Shown one piece after another: positions 48,555 through 62,822 of a stretch of 64,000 nucleotides of DNA. The stretch is from Pecten maximus. Its lineage: Eukaryota. Numbering within the stretch: position 1 is the stretch's first letter; each line of letters begins with the position of its first letter. The stretch covers positions 30,938,001 through 31,002,000 of the forward strand of contig NC_047029.1 in assembly GCF_902652985.1 (NCBI RefSeq). Reading direction: 5' to 3'. The position numbers were made by a program, and so were the translations under genes. A model generated the notes under the pieces. It saw only the letters and a program-made list of their open reading frames with translations, did not search any database and was not told the origin of the DNA.

Positions 48555-49885
48555 CCCAGTTGTTGTCCATTTCTACACTGTTGTACTGGGTGTTTCCAAG
48601 TTTTCCGTGTCACCAGAAGTTCCAATGATAGCTCGTATTACTTCATGGGGTCCCCAACGGGGTAAGACATTGTAATAAATATACTTCTGATACCGATATC
48701 ATATAAAGGATGTACGTATTAGTGATATTTAACGAAAACTCTCTGTTTTGTGTTTTTTTTCCTCAAAAATACGGACTATTTATGTCCCAGCAAAATTAGA
48801 AAATGTTTATGCATATTTTTTTCTGATGAATGATAACCGGATTCAGTTTTATAATATGGCGTTACACTCAAATACATAGCTATCGATTAAAGCAATAGTA
48901 ATATAAAAGAAATATTTCCTATTTCTTTTATGATTTCTTCTACATAAATGATGTCATTAGAATCCAAATTATCCTTTTTATGCATGGCCTAAAGATGACA
49001 ATTGATTTATACAATTGTTGATTTCCCTACGGGGGCCTCTTTGTTTGTGACCGGAACTTCCAAACCTTGCGGTGAACTGTCCAATAATCGAAGGATGATT
49101 GACAGGTGATCGATCACCTCTGATCAGATGGTTTTATATTGGTACCATCAGTCAGAGACGAAGTCTGTAAGCGTAGTAAGCTAGTAAGCATACTTATGTA
49201 TGATATAACGTAATATGACGGATATCAAGGATATTCGGCGGAGTTGTCTCCATTGCGCCCAACTTATTTATTTATTTTTCTTACACTTAAAACATATTAT
49301 TGTCAAATTAAGAGATGGAATTAGTTGTAGCGGGAACAATCAATGAAAGCATTATTTTTGAGATTTTATTAGATAGTGAATTCAGTACTGTTTGATTTAA
49401 ACTAAGTACCTTAAAATTTTGAGTGATGTTATATATGAATTTTATCTCCATGGTGTTAATCATTTAAGGGCTTAATATCGTGTTCAAAATTATACCACTA
49501 TTTATTTATTTATTTGTTTATTTTCGTCTAATAATCATTTATGCAATTCCGCTGATGGAAACAGAGAGGAAATTGTGTAATGGGGTAACGTATGGAGTTA
49601 AAAGAGAGAGTTGGAACAGAGAATTATATATCAGTATATATATATACGTCTCTGGTTGGATGGAAGAGAAGGGAGTCGTCTGTCTAACTGATGGCGTTAT
49701 TAATGCAGGAAACGATTCCCATATCCCAAAGTCCTAGCCCAGCACTAACTGTTTAGTAACTATGCCTACCCTAGTGAATCCGGAGGGAGACGAGAGTGAA
49801 GACCCTACCCTGGCAGTTTTGGTTAATCTAGGTTTTTACGTCCATCTTTTATACCGTATCGATATCTAAAGTACTGTATACTGTT

Positions 49886-50614
49886 CATAATACCACGAAT
49901 TCTTGACCTACATTATACCACGAATTCTTGACCTACATTATACCACGGGTTCTTGACCTACATTATACCACGAATTCTTGGCCTATATTATACCACGGGT
50001 TCTTGGCCTATATTATACAACGGGTTCTTGACCTACATTATACCACGAATTCTTGATCTACATTATACCACGAATTCTTGACCTACATTATACCACGAAT
50101 TATTGACCTATTTTATAACACAGGTTCTTGGCCTACATTATAACACAGGTTCTTGGCCTATATCATACCACGAATTCTTGACCTACATTATACCACGAAT
50201 TCTTGACCTACATTATACCACTAGTTATTGACCTACATTATACCACGAATTCTTGACCTACATTATACCACGAATTCTTGACCTACATTATAACACAGGT
50301 TCTTGACCTACATTATACCACGAATTATTGACCTATTTTATAACACAGGTTATTGACCTATATTATACCACGAGTTCTTGGCCTACATTATAACACGAAT
50401 TCTTGACCTACATTATAACAGGTTCTTGGCCTACATTATACCACAGGTTCTTGACCTACATTATACCACAGGTTCTTGACCTACATTATACCACAGGTTC
50501 TTGACCTACATTATACCACAGGTTCTTGACCTACATTATACCACGAATTCTTGACCTACATTATACCCCGAGTTCTTAACCAACATTATACCACGAGATC
50601 TTGACCTACATTAT
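49886..50614. repeat. 25-bp minisatellite (CATTATACCACGAATTCTTGACCTA), ~29 copies
   Basis: Direct periodicity of 25. Confidence 0.95.
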
Positions 50615-51375
50615 GCAAAAAGCTCTTAACCTTCGTCGATATAAAGCCCATCAAGGATAAACACCTTGGAGATTGAAGTGTTCACCGGTTATAAACAATC
50701 AACTAATATTATGTTTATGTGTGAGTATATTGAAATACATTTCTGTTTCAACCACCAACAATTAATGTTATTTGATACAACATATGCTGGAAAAGAAAAC
50801 AACAAAGATTTTAAATAAATGCAAAATTAGTGTTTTTATTGTATAAAAACATTAATTTTATAAATAGGCTTAATGATATCACATTTAATTCAGTAATACT
50901 TAATACTCGAGGGTAGAAAATATGAAAAAATACATCCTTCGCTTGTATATCATTATTCAAGATAAGCTATGTATAACATAAAGTTGTGATAAAGAAAACA
51001 ATGACACGTATTTTGATGACAAACACCATTTTTTGTATATCAACTTAAAATTCATCTGTCCTCATGTTTAAAGAAGAGATTGTCAATTCTCCTTCCGAAT
51101 TCGTTGGTAAGAGTAATGTACAATACATCATTGTTTAAAAAACAATATCTATGTTCATCTAGGATTCCATTTCATACTTCATGAAATAAAACTACTATCA
51201 GTTTAATTTTCAAATTCATTACGTTATATCTAACAAAACTGGGCAAAGTGAAAATATGTGTTACAGTTGATAACTGTATCGTCAATAATCTTCCTCCATT
51301 AATTAACACATATAACTTCCGGTTTTGTCCATTTCCGGTTATCACAGATTTTCTTTTTGTACATAATAGCAGGGT

Positions 51376-53908
51376 CTATTTAAGCGCCAATTTCAAAATA
51401 AGAAAGACAGCTAGGCAGACGTTAAGAACGAAGGTGGAACTCGTTGAAGTCCGGGATTGTCCGTTGCAGAACGTTGTCGAGCACGTACATTCTCCGTAGC
51501 CCAGTTTGTTAATACAGGTATCTGATGCTGATGTGAGGCAGGTTCGTTCGACGCTTGAAAATGCTGAAAATTAGTTGAGATGATTTGAATTATTGCAATT
51601 TTCAAGAAGGGGGAAATCCATTTGTGTATCGTTAACAAATAAATAGTAAATTTCAATTATACACACACACCTTCACACCTTCACACCTTCACACACAAAT
51701 CATAAATCACAGATTTGCTTAGTCTCTATTATCAAGAAGGCAGTGGTCAGCAACCACAAGCACTACACCGCAGCATGGCGCACTAAACTAAAACGAGGCC
51801 GCGTTACAAGATATAGGCAAAGCTAGCATTTGAAAAATACGAAACTATCTAAAATTCAATTTACATATAAATACCACAAAATTACGAAACTACCAATAAA
51901 GTAAGCACGTAGGTTAAAAACAACAAAGAATAGAGATAATACCGAAACCATAGTTCAAACTCAAAATCGATTAAACGAGAGGAAAATATAAACAACGATA
52001 TATATTTGGAGACACAAAAATACAAGGAGAATAAGACCATATGTTTCGGAAGAGCAAGCGTCTTCTGCTTCATCGGCAACACCCGCCATACAAATCTAGG
52101 TCACGGCGACATCCGCCATACAAATCTAGGTCACGGCGACACCCGCCATACAAATCTAGGTCACGGCGACACCCGTCATATAAATCTAAATCAAATCTCA
52201 AATGAGATTTAGGTGGCGACACCGGAACCAATAGACATATCAACAAACATCAAATAAACAATAAATAAGCTTTGTTTCGCTGTATAGTGAACATGATCAT
52301 TTTATCCCGCCATTGTGGTAAATCAGTATCCGTCTGTATCAGATATATATAGTGCATCCCAGTCTCCATATAGATTATATGTCATAATTGTCTCCTTTTA
52401 AAATTTACCTGCATTCGCCGTTTTAATGCCGCACATGTATACGTATACCACAACGGTAGCAATCACAACATTATACCAGTTAAATATTCTGTTTCTCTTA
52501 CATGTGCCTAGAGACAGAAAGGATTTCCCACATGCCGCGCATCCGGATGCTGTCTTCCGGTTGTCTTGAAGGGTCGTCTCATCAATGGTCTCTCCACATC
52601 CGGCGTCATCGCTGGTACATAGCCAACAGTCTATTGCCTCACCTATAACATGGGCATTTTATTACAGAAACACGTTAAAATATTTGCTTATTTCCTGAAC
52701 TTTCATTTTTTATCTAAGGATATTAATTTAAACAATCACAGTTTATCTCATTATATTCATTCTATATCACATGGTCAGCATGTCTGGCATTTATCCACGA
52801 TAACTCGGCGCCATGTGTTGAATTAGTACCAGGTCCCTGTGCCACGCGTCATATTGATATTTTTGTCAGGTCCCTGTGTCACGCGTCATGTTGAGATTTG
52901 TGTCAGGTCCCTGTGCCACGCGTCATGTTGAGATTTGTTTCAGGTCCCTGTTTCACTCGTCATGTTGGGATTCGTGCGGGGTCCCTGAGCCACAAGTCAG
53001 AAATTGGGATAATGACAATTTTTTTTAATGAGCTTATAGTCTATCACAAATTTGTGACAATGTATTTACCAATTAGTGTAATCGATGGTCATTTCGTGTA
53101 TTGTTTACCAAATATGAAGTGTAATCGAACCAACTAGAAATCAGTCGTCATTCTCTGTATCAGTGCTGTTGGAATCGACTGGTCGATTTGTTGTCTACAT
53201 CGTACAAACGATACCATCACGTCCCTCATTGTACAAGCTCTTTGTTCTCGCGTAGATCTATATAATTTCTTTGGCATTGATTGGGTCATTTCGTCCTACC
53301 ATTATACTATGATAAATCATACGTATGTATTGTCAGTGGGTCATTTCGTCCCATTATTATCATACACTGACACTATGCTTTATTGTCGACTTTTTATGCT
53401 TTCCTTTTAATAATTGATTTCATTTCGTCTCGACTTCATGTATATAATACATCAATATGTCTAATAAAACTCGAGTCACATTGTCTCACCTGTATTCAAT
53501 GATTTCAAGGTTTTGTCCAATATTCATAAAATGACACAAATAATCACAGGGGCTTGGGACCTAATGTTTCTATGTTTGGAACAGTAATAATGTATAATAT
53601 CATATGTATATACGGACCATGGAGTTGGGAAAATGTGACAAATTCCTGTGCAAATAATATGACACGACACTGATTAGTTATCGCCCGTCCCTCCCGAACC
53701 CCCTTACCGCCAAGTCCCAGCCCCAGCATATTTGTATATCTGTATGGCGTTAATATGATAGATATTTCATTTTAGAATTACCATGATATACCGACATATT
53801 CAGTATACATGTATGATATTTATAACAAGTAATTGTGACCTTACCTGTGTGTACTGTTGTGAACGTCCATATGAGAAAAATGGCCAACACGTACCGATAA
53901 AAATCCAT
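51376..53908 (-). CDS. Ly6/uPAR (three-finger, quiver/sleepless-like) GPI-anchored protein, 130 aa
   Basis: Exons 53908-53845, 52642-52502 and 51563-51376 with phase-1 introns. Protein MDFYRYVLAIFLIWTFTTVHTGEAIDCWLCTSDDAGC...GCAACGK...VERTC...TC...ECTCSTTFCNG plus hydrophobic tail; 10 Cys ending in the CxCxxxxCN motif. Confidence 0.88.
52075..52188. repeat. 30-bp tandem repeat (GGCGACACCCGCCATACAAATCTAGGTCAC), ~4 copies
   Basis: Direct periodicity; intronic. Confidence 0.9.
52830..52995. repeat. ~37-bp tandem repeat (CAGGTCCCTGTGCCACGCGTCATGTTGAGATTTGTGT), ~4 copies
   Basis: Direct periodicity; intronic. Confidence 0.85.
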
Positions 53909-55107
53909 AATTGTTACAAAGGTTTCTACAGAAACACGAACGTCCGGATTATTCTCTCCCGATCGGACAGAATATTAGTTTATAAACGTGAACTCTGTAG
54001 TAGAACAGCAAATCATAATAATTCCAGAATCAGAAATAATTCAAACAGGTTCGTTGTTTTGTCCGTGTCTCCGTAAAGTAACGATTTATGACTTATCAAT
54101 ACGACATACACATTCCACACCTTCATCCAAGTTCTAGTGTTAACACGTGTTTTTTAACCACTAGCTAAACTAAAAAATGCTAATATATTGGTAATACTAC
54201 TTGTGATTTTAACATGACGAGCGCAGACATTATAATTCAATAGGATTAATGGCCTCAGTTTGGTTTTATACCTTACCGGGTGGATAAACCCGTGTTTACG
54301 TCCACAGTATAAAAATCAATCGCTAAGCTGCTTTGTTCAGTATTGATCCTGCTCCCCCTGTGTACCCGGCTCACATCGATCGGGGTATTGTGTACGGTAT
54401 TTATAATCCACCTTTTAATCTCGTATTAAGTTTGGAAATTATTCAATAAAAATAAAGATTTTGAAATAAATCTAGCGGTGCAATATTGTACTAAGGTTTG
54501 AATGAGTTTGAATGGCATACTTCAGAAATTCTCAATCTCATTTTCAGTCTATAATTATGATTACAATATCGAATTAACATTATAGTTGATCTTTAATAAT
54601 AAGCCCACCACAATTTATTCCGCGTCGTGTCTTGAATTAAAAATATTGAGTTTGAATAGTAATGTTAGGAAAGCGCATTCAAATTCAGCAATACAATGTA
54701 ATTCTAAATCATCTCGATCAGGGTGGGGAAAGGAGCAGAGGGTGTCGGTCCCTATCGGGTGTCAGAGTGCTATGAAGGGAAGTAACTCTAATTGATTACA
54801 TGGAGACTACGGGCGTCTGCATCTGCAAAAGATAGCACATACTCCTATTATGAATAGGGGCTAATAATGTTTGTTATAAATACTTACCAGACGCAGACGC
54901 CTTTGATCAGACGTTCCATCAGACAAATATCATCCCGTGTAATGAATTGTTAAATCCAGTCCCTATGAATCGTTACAGATCTATCACAGGATCTTGACAC
55001 TAATTCCCTTCCCATTGTCCGTATGATATATCTAATAAGTTCGGAATTATGTCCCAGGTCCCTGTGTTAACAATATTAACCAAGAAACAGTTTTGAATAA
55101 CGTAACA

Positions 55108-55173
55108 CATCTTCGCTAACCAATGCTTTACACTCGTGGTGTAACGTAATCAGAACATTTGGCTAGCGAAAAT
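55108..55173 (-). mobile_element. Diverged second copy of the 63-bp mini-MITE
   Basis: CATCTTCGCTAACCAATG...GTAACGTAATCAGAACATTTGGCTAGCGAAAAT, the reverse complement of 18680-18742. Confidence 0.7.
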
Positions 55174-56981
55174 CTTTCCAGAATACATTATAATGTTTTA
55201 TGATAATTGCTTATTATTCAATAGTGTTAGTTAGCCGATATATGATGGATATAACTTCAACGTTTGTAAATGTCACAATTTCTATAACTTTGTACCGTGA
55301 TGGTTTATTTTTATGCTGTGGTGCGGCGATCGTCGCCCATCGTCCGTCGGGCACCATTTTTCCATCATAAAACTTCTTCTAAGACATCATGAGTCCCAGA
55401 GACCTGATATTGAGCCTGTAACAAATTTGATTATAATATAACTTGTACTTTCCGTTCCTCTACGATACACTGTAATACAATATTGCAGGTTATCGTAGAG
55501 GAGCGGAAAATACAGGTATATTTTAATTAGATTGGGTCTGTAACATGCCGGGATGAAGGACTACCAAGCTTGTTATAATGAATGTTCTTGACCTAACCTT
55601 AAACGATTTTTCAATAAACAAGAGGCCAGAGACCTGAAATATGCTGGTGTCAAATGTGAAAGAAAGAAAGAAAGAAAGAAAGAAAGACTCATACCGAATT
55701 GAGTATATGTATTCAGTTCTAAAGCAAGTAGCAGGTGAGCTACACCGGCCTAATGGACCTCTTGATTATTTTAGGACTGTGACGGAACCTCTGTCGGACA
55801 CTTTTATAGTACATTTACACTGAAATGATACACCTAGTCACGGATGTGTGACACCTAGTCACGGAAGTGTGACAAAAGTGTCACACATTATAACACCGGG
55901 TCACTATAAACATTGAATAGGTCTTTCCAGCCAACACTTCCGCTGAAGGTTCTGTAGATTTCGGAATGTGTCTGTCAAGGGGAATAACTCTCTACCTTCC
56001 CACTGGTTTGCTGACATGGTCATCTCCTACGGGAGGCCCGTTGCATACCATCCGGAGCAATTAGGGTTAAGTGTCTTCGAATATACTTGGCCGGTGCTCT
56101 TACCGGTTGGAGCTATCGCTGCCCCTCCTTACCACTAGGGAGAACGTCTTGCTAAGGTCATTTGAGTCAATGATAAGGGTCACATTAGGAAAGAAAAGAG
56201 AGGGGTATCTATAGAAATTCCAAATCGGTACATATGGACAGACAAAATGTCTAGAGGAAAATTTGACCTGAAAAAATCGTTACTTGAAATTGATCTGAAA
56301 ATTAGGTCAATTCCACCCGACGAAAAATTCATGCCAACTTGAGGTAAATTTCAGGTCAATTCCCAGTGAACATAATCTTCATGTGAATTCAAGTGCAATT
56401 TCCAAGTCAATTATGACAAGTCGTTGGGTTTTTACCCATGTAATTCAGTATTTGTTTGGGAAAGAAATTAATATAAACTCGAAGCTTGTTTTCTTATCCT
56501 TTATTTATATATGTTGCATAATAATGTATTTGCAATATTGTTCAATGCTTAAATAAACTATTCTTTAAATTAGATTAGAGATACATGTACGTCCATTTAT
56601 TGACAAAATACAGATATTCAATGAAATAAATTATTAAGACTTGAATCAAGTGTTTTGTTGACGTTAAAAGGGCATATAATCCTCAATGGATCTTGAGAAC
56701 ATTTTAATGACAGGTAAAACTTTCTGAAGACCCTTTTTAATACATGCCTTCATCTCTTCTCTTTTAAAGAAAGCATTACTTCCTTTACACCCAACAAAAA
56801 TGTCAAAATTCCTACATGTATGTCAAAATATTTGTACATGCATGGCTACTCACCAAAAAGTCACTTATTTCATTTTGAAATGACGTAGATAAAGTATGCC
56901 ATGTAATCAGATAAGTTATTGAGTTCCAGTACAAAAGTATCATTATCATCTCTTTTGTCTTTCTTGCTTTGTTCCTTGTAG

Positions 56982-57110
56982 TCGAAACCCACGTGGGGCA
57001 GTTGTCTGTTCTCCGGGTACTCCGGCTTTCCTCCACCTCCAAAACCAGGCACGTCCTTAAATGACCCTGGCTGTTAATAGGACGTTAAACAAAATAAACC
57101 AAACCAAACC
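56982..57110 (+). mobile_element. 5'-truncated, internally deleted copy of the tRNA-derived SINE
   Basis: Starts TCGAAACCCACGTGGGGCAGTTG; ends in (AAACC)n. Confidence 0.85.
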
Positions 57111-58043
57111 TTGTTTTGTTAATACTGTATGTGTTGCTTTCACAAGATTTGTAACATAATAGTTTGGGAGAGGTTTTATTATGACTTGCGCACTCCATAA
57201 TTTGTGAGGATATCTGGTAACATGGCCAAACACAATGGAAATTTAGCTACTTGATAATATAACAGTGAGTAATTCACTTAGAAAATTGAAATCCAAGGCA
57301 ATGTCGGCGGCGTGTTATCCACGTCGTAAACTGAACAAGTTTATATTGGCAAGGAATTGCGCCTGTAAAGGGGCATAACTCTTACAACATTAAGTTAGTT
57401 CATCGACTGCAATGTGATCAGAGTTGTCTTTCATTATATTGATTACCGATCTTGCTTGTCAACAGTTTCGTTAATTAGATATTGTTAAATTTTAGCTACG
57501 TATATATGCATCCCTGCTTTAAACAACATTTAAGAGAAGTATAGATATCCCGGGGGCTGGTCGTTTCCCTGATCAGATGCGATTTGGTTTCTCATGACGC
57601 CTAACAATTCATTTTCTTTTACTTTCGGCTGCAATTTACAATAATCCGAAAATTTTAAAATATTTGTCAATTAATTTTCTGGCGTATTTTGAAATTCTGC
57701 CAACTTTCTTTAGTTTCTATGATGCATAATTGTCCTACGTATATACATTGTTTGAAACGTACAAAACATGTAGTCTGTATGTACATTTGAATCATAATAT
57801 ATATCACGTTACATATATACGTTAGGTCATCACCTTACTACCACGTGAAAGGAAGACAGAAAGTTTGGATATAACTTATATAAGTATATCTGATGTAATG
57901 GTGTAATGATTGAGTGACTCATCTCTGATAAAGATATACTTAGTACATGTAAACCTCGAGAATGTTGTACAAAAAATCTCAACTAACGTTTCGTATAATA
58001 CATAAGGGATCCTGCGCTACGAATTGGTGTCAGGTCCCTGTGA

Positions 58044-58161
58044 CCACAGGCGTCTGTATCTGGTTAGTATTTAAAAAATATCCCCTACTCCTGCTCTTGT
58101 TGATATAGTAAGAGTTAAGCTATTTTTTTTATAAATACTAACCAGATGCAGGCGCCTGTGG
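58044..58161. mobile_element. ~118-bp fold-back MITE
   Basis: CCACAGGCGTCTGTATCTGGTTAGTATTTA pairs with TAAATACTAACCAGATGCAGGCGCCTGTGG; related copy at ~54811-54901. Confidence 0.75.
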
Positions 58162-60342
58162 ACTCATAAATAATGAATAAGTTTTAATCAGTTTTAATTA
58201 GACTTTGTATCGTTGCAAAATCGTATAACATTGTATAGTGTAATATTGAAATATATCTATTAATTCAATTAAAAGCTTTAACTCTTTTACCGTTTATGCT
58301 CTCACATGAAACTAACACACGTATATTTGTATTAAATTAACTAATCCTGGTCATACAATTCTACTTATGTGACGTCTCCTTGTAAACTCGGAAGTTTTGT
58401 GTTTACACAGAATGCTCGAATATGTCCAATTCCTGCCTATTATGCAGACCAGAAACCGCACTCGTGGGCGGAAACAAGTAATACCTGTCGGTGTGTCACC
58501 ATCCCTAATATAGGTTATATAATACCTTGGAATGATATTAGATCTTAGTCCGTGATAACACAGAATTGTAAACATATATGCTGAAAACTTAATTTAATAC
58601 TCACCCACGTCTAATAACTGTATAAAAAGATAGAAGATAGATACCATCTACCGATTTTTACCCCCCCCCCCCCCAACAAAAACAAAAACATACACACAAA
58701 ACAGCTGAATTCACATAGACTGTAACAAATTCTCAGCATATTATCAAAAAGGGAAATCACCATGCATTAACAGCAGAGGCTACAGGTAAGGCTTTACTTG
58801 TGACAGAGTGTCAACAAATCCGCGTCAACAAGAAGTAATTCATCATTGCAGTTAAATGTCATTTAAAGTTTTTTTTAATACAATTGACCATTCAAATACT
58901 GTCGTTTTAACAACCGCGCCACTTAAATTGCTTAAACGGCTGAATCACGGGGGCGTTTGCTTCGTGTATATGAAAACACATTACCGTATTACATATAAAT
59001 AATTGTGTTCTGTACAGATAAACACCCCACAAAATCGCGTTAGATCAGAGGCATATATAAGTCTTTAGTCACAATTAACCTGCATTTACGCGACTTCGCA
59101 CAACGTAAGCGATTCTTAATTCTCGATCCGGTATTTAAGAAGAGTCGTATGCATAGGATTCCAATAGCATATGTATAGTCTACAGGGGCACAACACGCGT
59201 AAAACATATATCCTACAATGTTACGATCGCCTCTAGAAATCAACAAAATCACGGACTTATAGCTAAGATATCAATAATAACACCACGAAGGAAGGCAATT
59301 CTATGACTCGAGCCATTACTGGGCTTCGAACTCACGATCTTTGGCACCCAATAATCGACTGGCCAGAAATACCCGCAGCTCACCACTGCGCCACATTAAC
59401 GTTCTTAAAAAGGAACGTTTGATGCCCTGACATGATCATAATGACAAGTCGTCTATTAGATTATGCATAAATGGATCCGAACACTCTGAACATTAGTGTT
59501 TTCTTAATAAATCTTCAGACGCTTTACAATTGTAATAGTAATCATTAGTTCTTACCTCAGTAGGCCTACGTATAGTAAACATACCACATATTTCAAAAAT
59601 ATTTTATTGAACAACCATCTAAATACCTCTTGGTTGTAACGGACGATCGAACACTACAAGTCGAGCTCTCTCAAATCCCGATACATACACTAACTTTGTA
59701 CGGTATAGTCCCTCAATCTCATCAATCAATTTTTAATGTAAACAAGGAGATGTCTTTATGTGCGTCCCAACTAGTCCTATCTTTCATGCTTCCTCCCTAC
59801 CGAGGATACCGGAGCCAAGTAAGCGCGTGATGACCTTTGGCGTGGTTTATTAATATAATTTGTCCAGTAGCGTACGTACGTCGCCTCAGGAAATTGTACA
59901 AAGAGGCTATACACACGTTTAATCCCATATATCTGAAACTAGTATCACAAAAACAGCGGGAAAAGTTACGTGCACCTTGCTGTGTTCTTTATGAATGAGT
60001 CAGAGACCTATCCGAACGGCTACACACAAACGGACCCGCTTACCTATATTTGGCTTATCACACCTATCAGCTCGCAGTCGCTATCACCCCTTGAGTAGAG
60101 CCTAAATGGACTGACCCAAAGTTTCGGCGATGGAGTACTAGAGATTGGTATGGTGCAGAAGCTGCTAGGGAGCTACCAAGATGTGGATGTTACAGTCTTA
60201 AAACGCCAAAAAGTATTTTTAGAATCAACAAAGGAAGACAAAGTTTGGGAGATTTATTATATGTTCTTAACCGGCTATTAATTGTGATATATTCTATATT
60301 GTGATAAGTTTTGGAAGTTAAAATCTTTCGGAGTTGGATATA

Positions 60343-60551
60343 ATGTGTGTTTTGTGTGGAGCCAATATGCTTGTAAGGCTGAGATGTACGTGTAGGGTAG
60401 TATCCTATGTGTTTTTATGTGTTTTGCTCCTCTTCATTGACTCGGCTCGAGGATTTAACCTAGAAGTGGAGTTTCCAGACGTCCGGACAGGCAGTCCGGG
60501 GAGCATGTTCGGTTACTCTGTAGCTCAACACATCGACCAAGGAGAGGGATG
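60343..60551 (+). CDS. Integrin alpha subunit, first coding exon (gene continues beyond the window)
   Basis: Signal peptide (ATG at 60343 or 60367) then ARG|FNLEVEFPDVRTGSPGSMFGYSVAQH..W, the typical integrin-alpha mature N-terminus and first FG-GAP start; donor TG|GTAAGA at 60551/60552; paralog not assignable. Confidence 0.88.
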
Positions 60552-62511
60552 GTAAGAAACCAAATTTCCCCTAACCCCATGACCTGCCAAAAGTTCCTAT
60601 AAAGTTTCCTTAGTTCCTTTTTTAATTTGATTTTCAGTAAATATCCAAAAATTCCCCGCCGAGTCGATGAATACTCAGCTGCCCAGTATATGGTTACACC
60701 AGCTAATTTGTAAAATGACTCGCCTAGAAGTCCATAAATCTTGATCAGAGATAATATAACTTGATCGGGTAATTTTGTGGGAGGGTGTACGCCTATAGCT
60801 GTCGGATTCTTGGTATAGACGAACACTAACCCTCTGTAGACCCTTATGAGCGTTCAAAGCCAGTCGACATGAATATTCCTAATACTTTAAATTTTCTGTT
60901 CGAGCTTCAATACTCTCTTTATAATAGAAAAGTAATAAAAGCGAGCAGGTGAGCAGATTAACATCTATCTGAGATCTGAAAGCGATTTAAGTTACCTATT
61001 GCAATCCAATATACTCTATATTCTAAATTGATACAGCTTTCTCTGGATCAATACACTTACACACATATGTGTGTACTTTTAAATCCGTGTATTCAGTAGG
61101 TAAAATGTTTGTCAACGTGAGAATAATGATGTGTAGATTTATAATGAAATTGGATGGCGATAGAGGACAGTTGTAAGACAGAAGTTTATTAATTATTTAC
61201 GGCCATGGTCACATCTATTTTCAGACAGTGTTGAGAAGTATTCAAATGTATACGGAACGTATGGTTTTCTACGGAGTAAACAACTAAAGCTTATATAACT
61301 TATCGTAATATGACGCGCTGTTTCTTGTAAATAAACACTAGAGAACTTACAAATATAAGTGTTGTATTATGTAGCACTCGGACCTCACAGTTAGTTTTAC
61401 GTATATATGTAGGCGTGTCGACATGTACGTTTGCTAAATACCAAAATAGTCCTCGACCCAACGGGTAATTGATGAGGTTCCTTTTTACCTCAGACTCAGC
61501 AACCCTTATACACCGGAAGTGTGTTAAGACGCGCTCTTTTACATGCGAAGACCGCAATGAGAATAATGATAGATAGGTGTTCAAGTGTCAATTACCGGCC
61601 GTAAAATGACAAAGAAATTGGTGAGTTTCTTAGAGAATCCATGTTCTCTCTGTCTCAGAATCTTCGATAAGTTGTCTAGTATAATTCTCGTTAGTATATA
61701 TGACAGCGAATAACTTGAATCCTCATCAATCAACCATCAACATCAACAATATTGTATTAATTCGATCCTTAAAGTTCGTCATTTAACATTTTCAAATCTA
61801 CTTATAAAGTATATGTTGTATGTATAGTAAGAAAGATTCTGGGCCTTGTTAGTTCGGAACCATTCATAAATCGGAGTTGTAAGATAAATTACGTAACCGG
61901 TTATTTCGTCCTCATTGACAGGAGAGTTACACTAAGGGGGATGATTGACGGCACCTCCGCTGCGGTGACACGACGTCCCCGCACCTCATAGATCACAGGG
62001 TTTCACGCCCAACCCTCGGGATAATACAGTAGAGTTTTGCATTCGTCCACTATGTTATGCATCAAAGTCGAATCTCCCCTGGTCACCTTCGGGGGAAACA
62101 TATACCACGGTGTGTCCAAAAATATGCTGCTTTTGGTCCCGAGTGTTTCCCAGCATCGAAGCTGTCTGTCAAAATGTCTGCAGTATTTTGCAGGACCAGA
62201 GCAAACTCGACGTTAGGCTTTAGTAGGCAGGTAACTAAGATATTGGGTCATAGCACATTTATATTATTGTCTAACCTTAACATCGATACTCCCGAAACAG
62301 AACGCGGTCAGAAAAGCTATATGTAGAAGTAGATACATGTCTATATACCACAGGGACCTGAGAATTTTGACGTGAGAGACATCTGACATCACCTCAATAG
62401 ATATTGTAAAATATTTCAACAATATGCATTTATATTTGATGACAAAACATTCCGGTAGTAAGTCCCTGGTTTATTGATTTATCGAGTAATGGAATATCAG
62501 AGAACTATCTA

Positions 62512-62822
62512 TAGAGAGGTCACAGTTCAACAGGGTTAAATATAGAGGTCACAGTTCAACAGGGTTTCATATAGAGGTCACAGTTCAACAGGGTTTCATA
62601 TAGAGGTCACAGTTCAACAGGGTTTCATATAGAGGTCACAGTAAACAGGGTTTCATATAGAGGTCACAGTTCAACAGGGTATCATATAGAGGTCACAGTT
62701 CAACAGGGTTTCATATAGAGGTCACAGTAAACAGGGTTTCATATAGAGGTCACAGTTCAACAGGGTTTCATATAGAGGTCACAGTTCAACAGGGTTAAAT
62801 ATAGAGGTCACAGTAAACAGGT
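62512..62822. repeat. 29-bp minisatellite (ATATAGAGGTCACAGTTCAACAGGGTTTC), 11 units, in integrin intron 1
   Basis: Direct periodicity; 8 units carry AGGTCAcAGTTCA and 3 carry GTAAACA. Confidence 0.92.
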
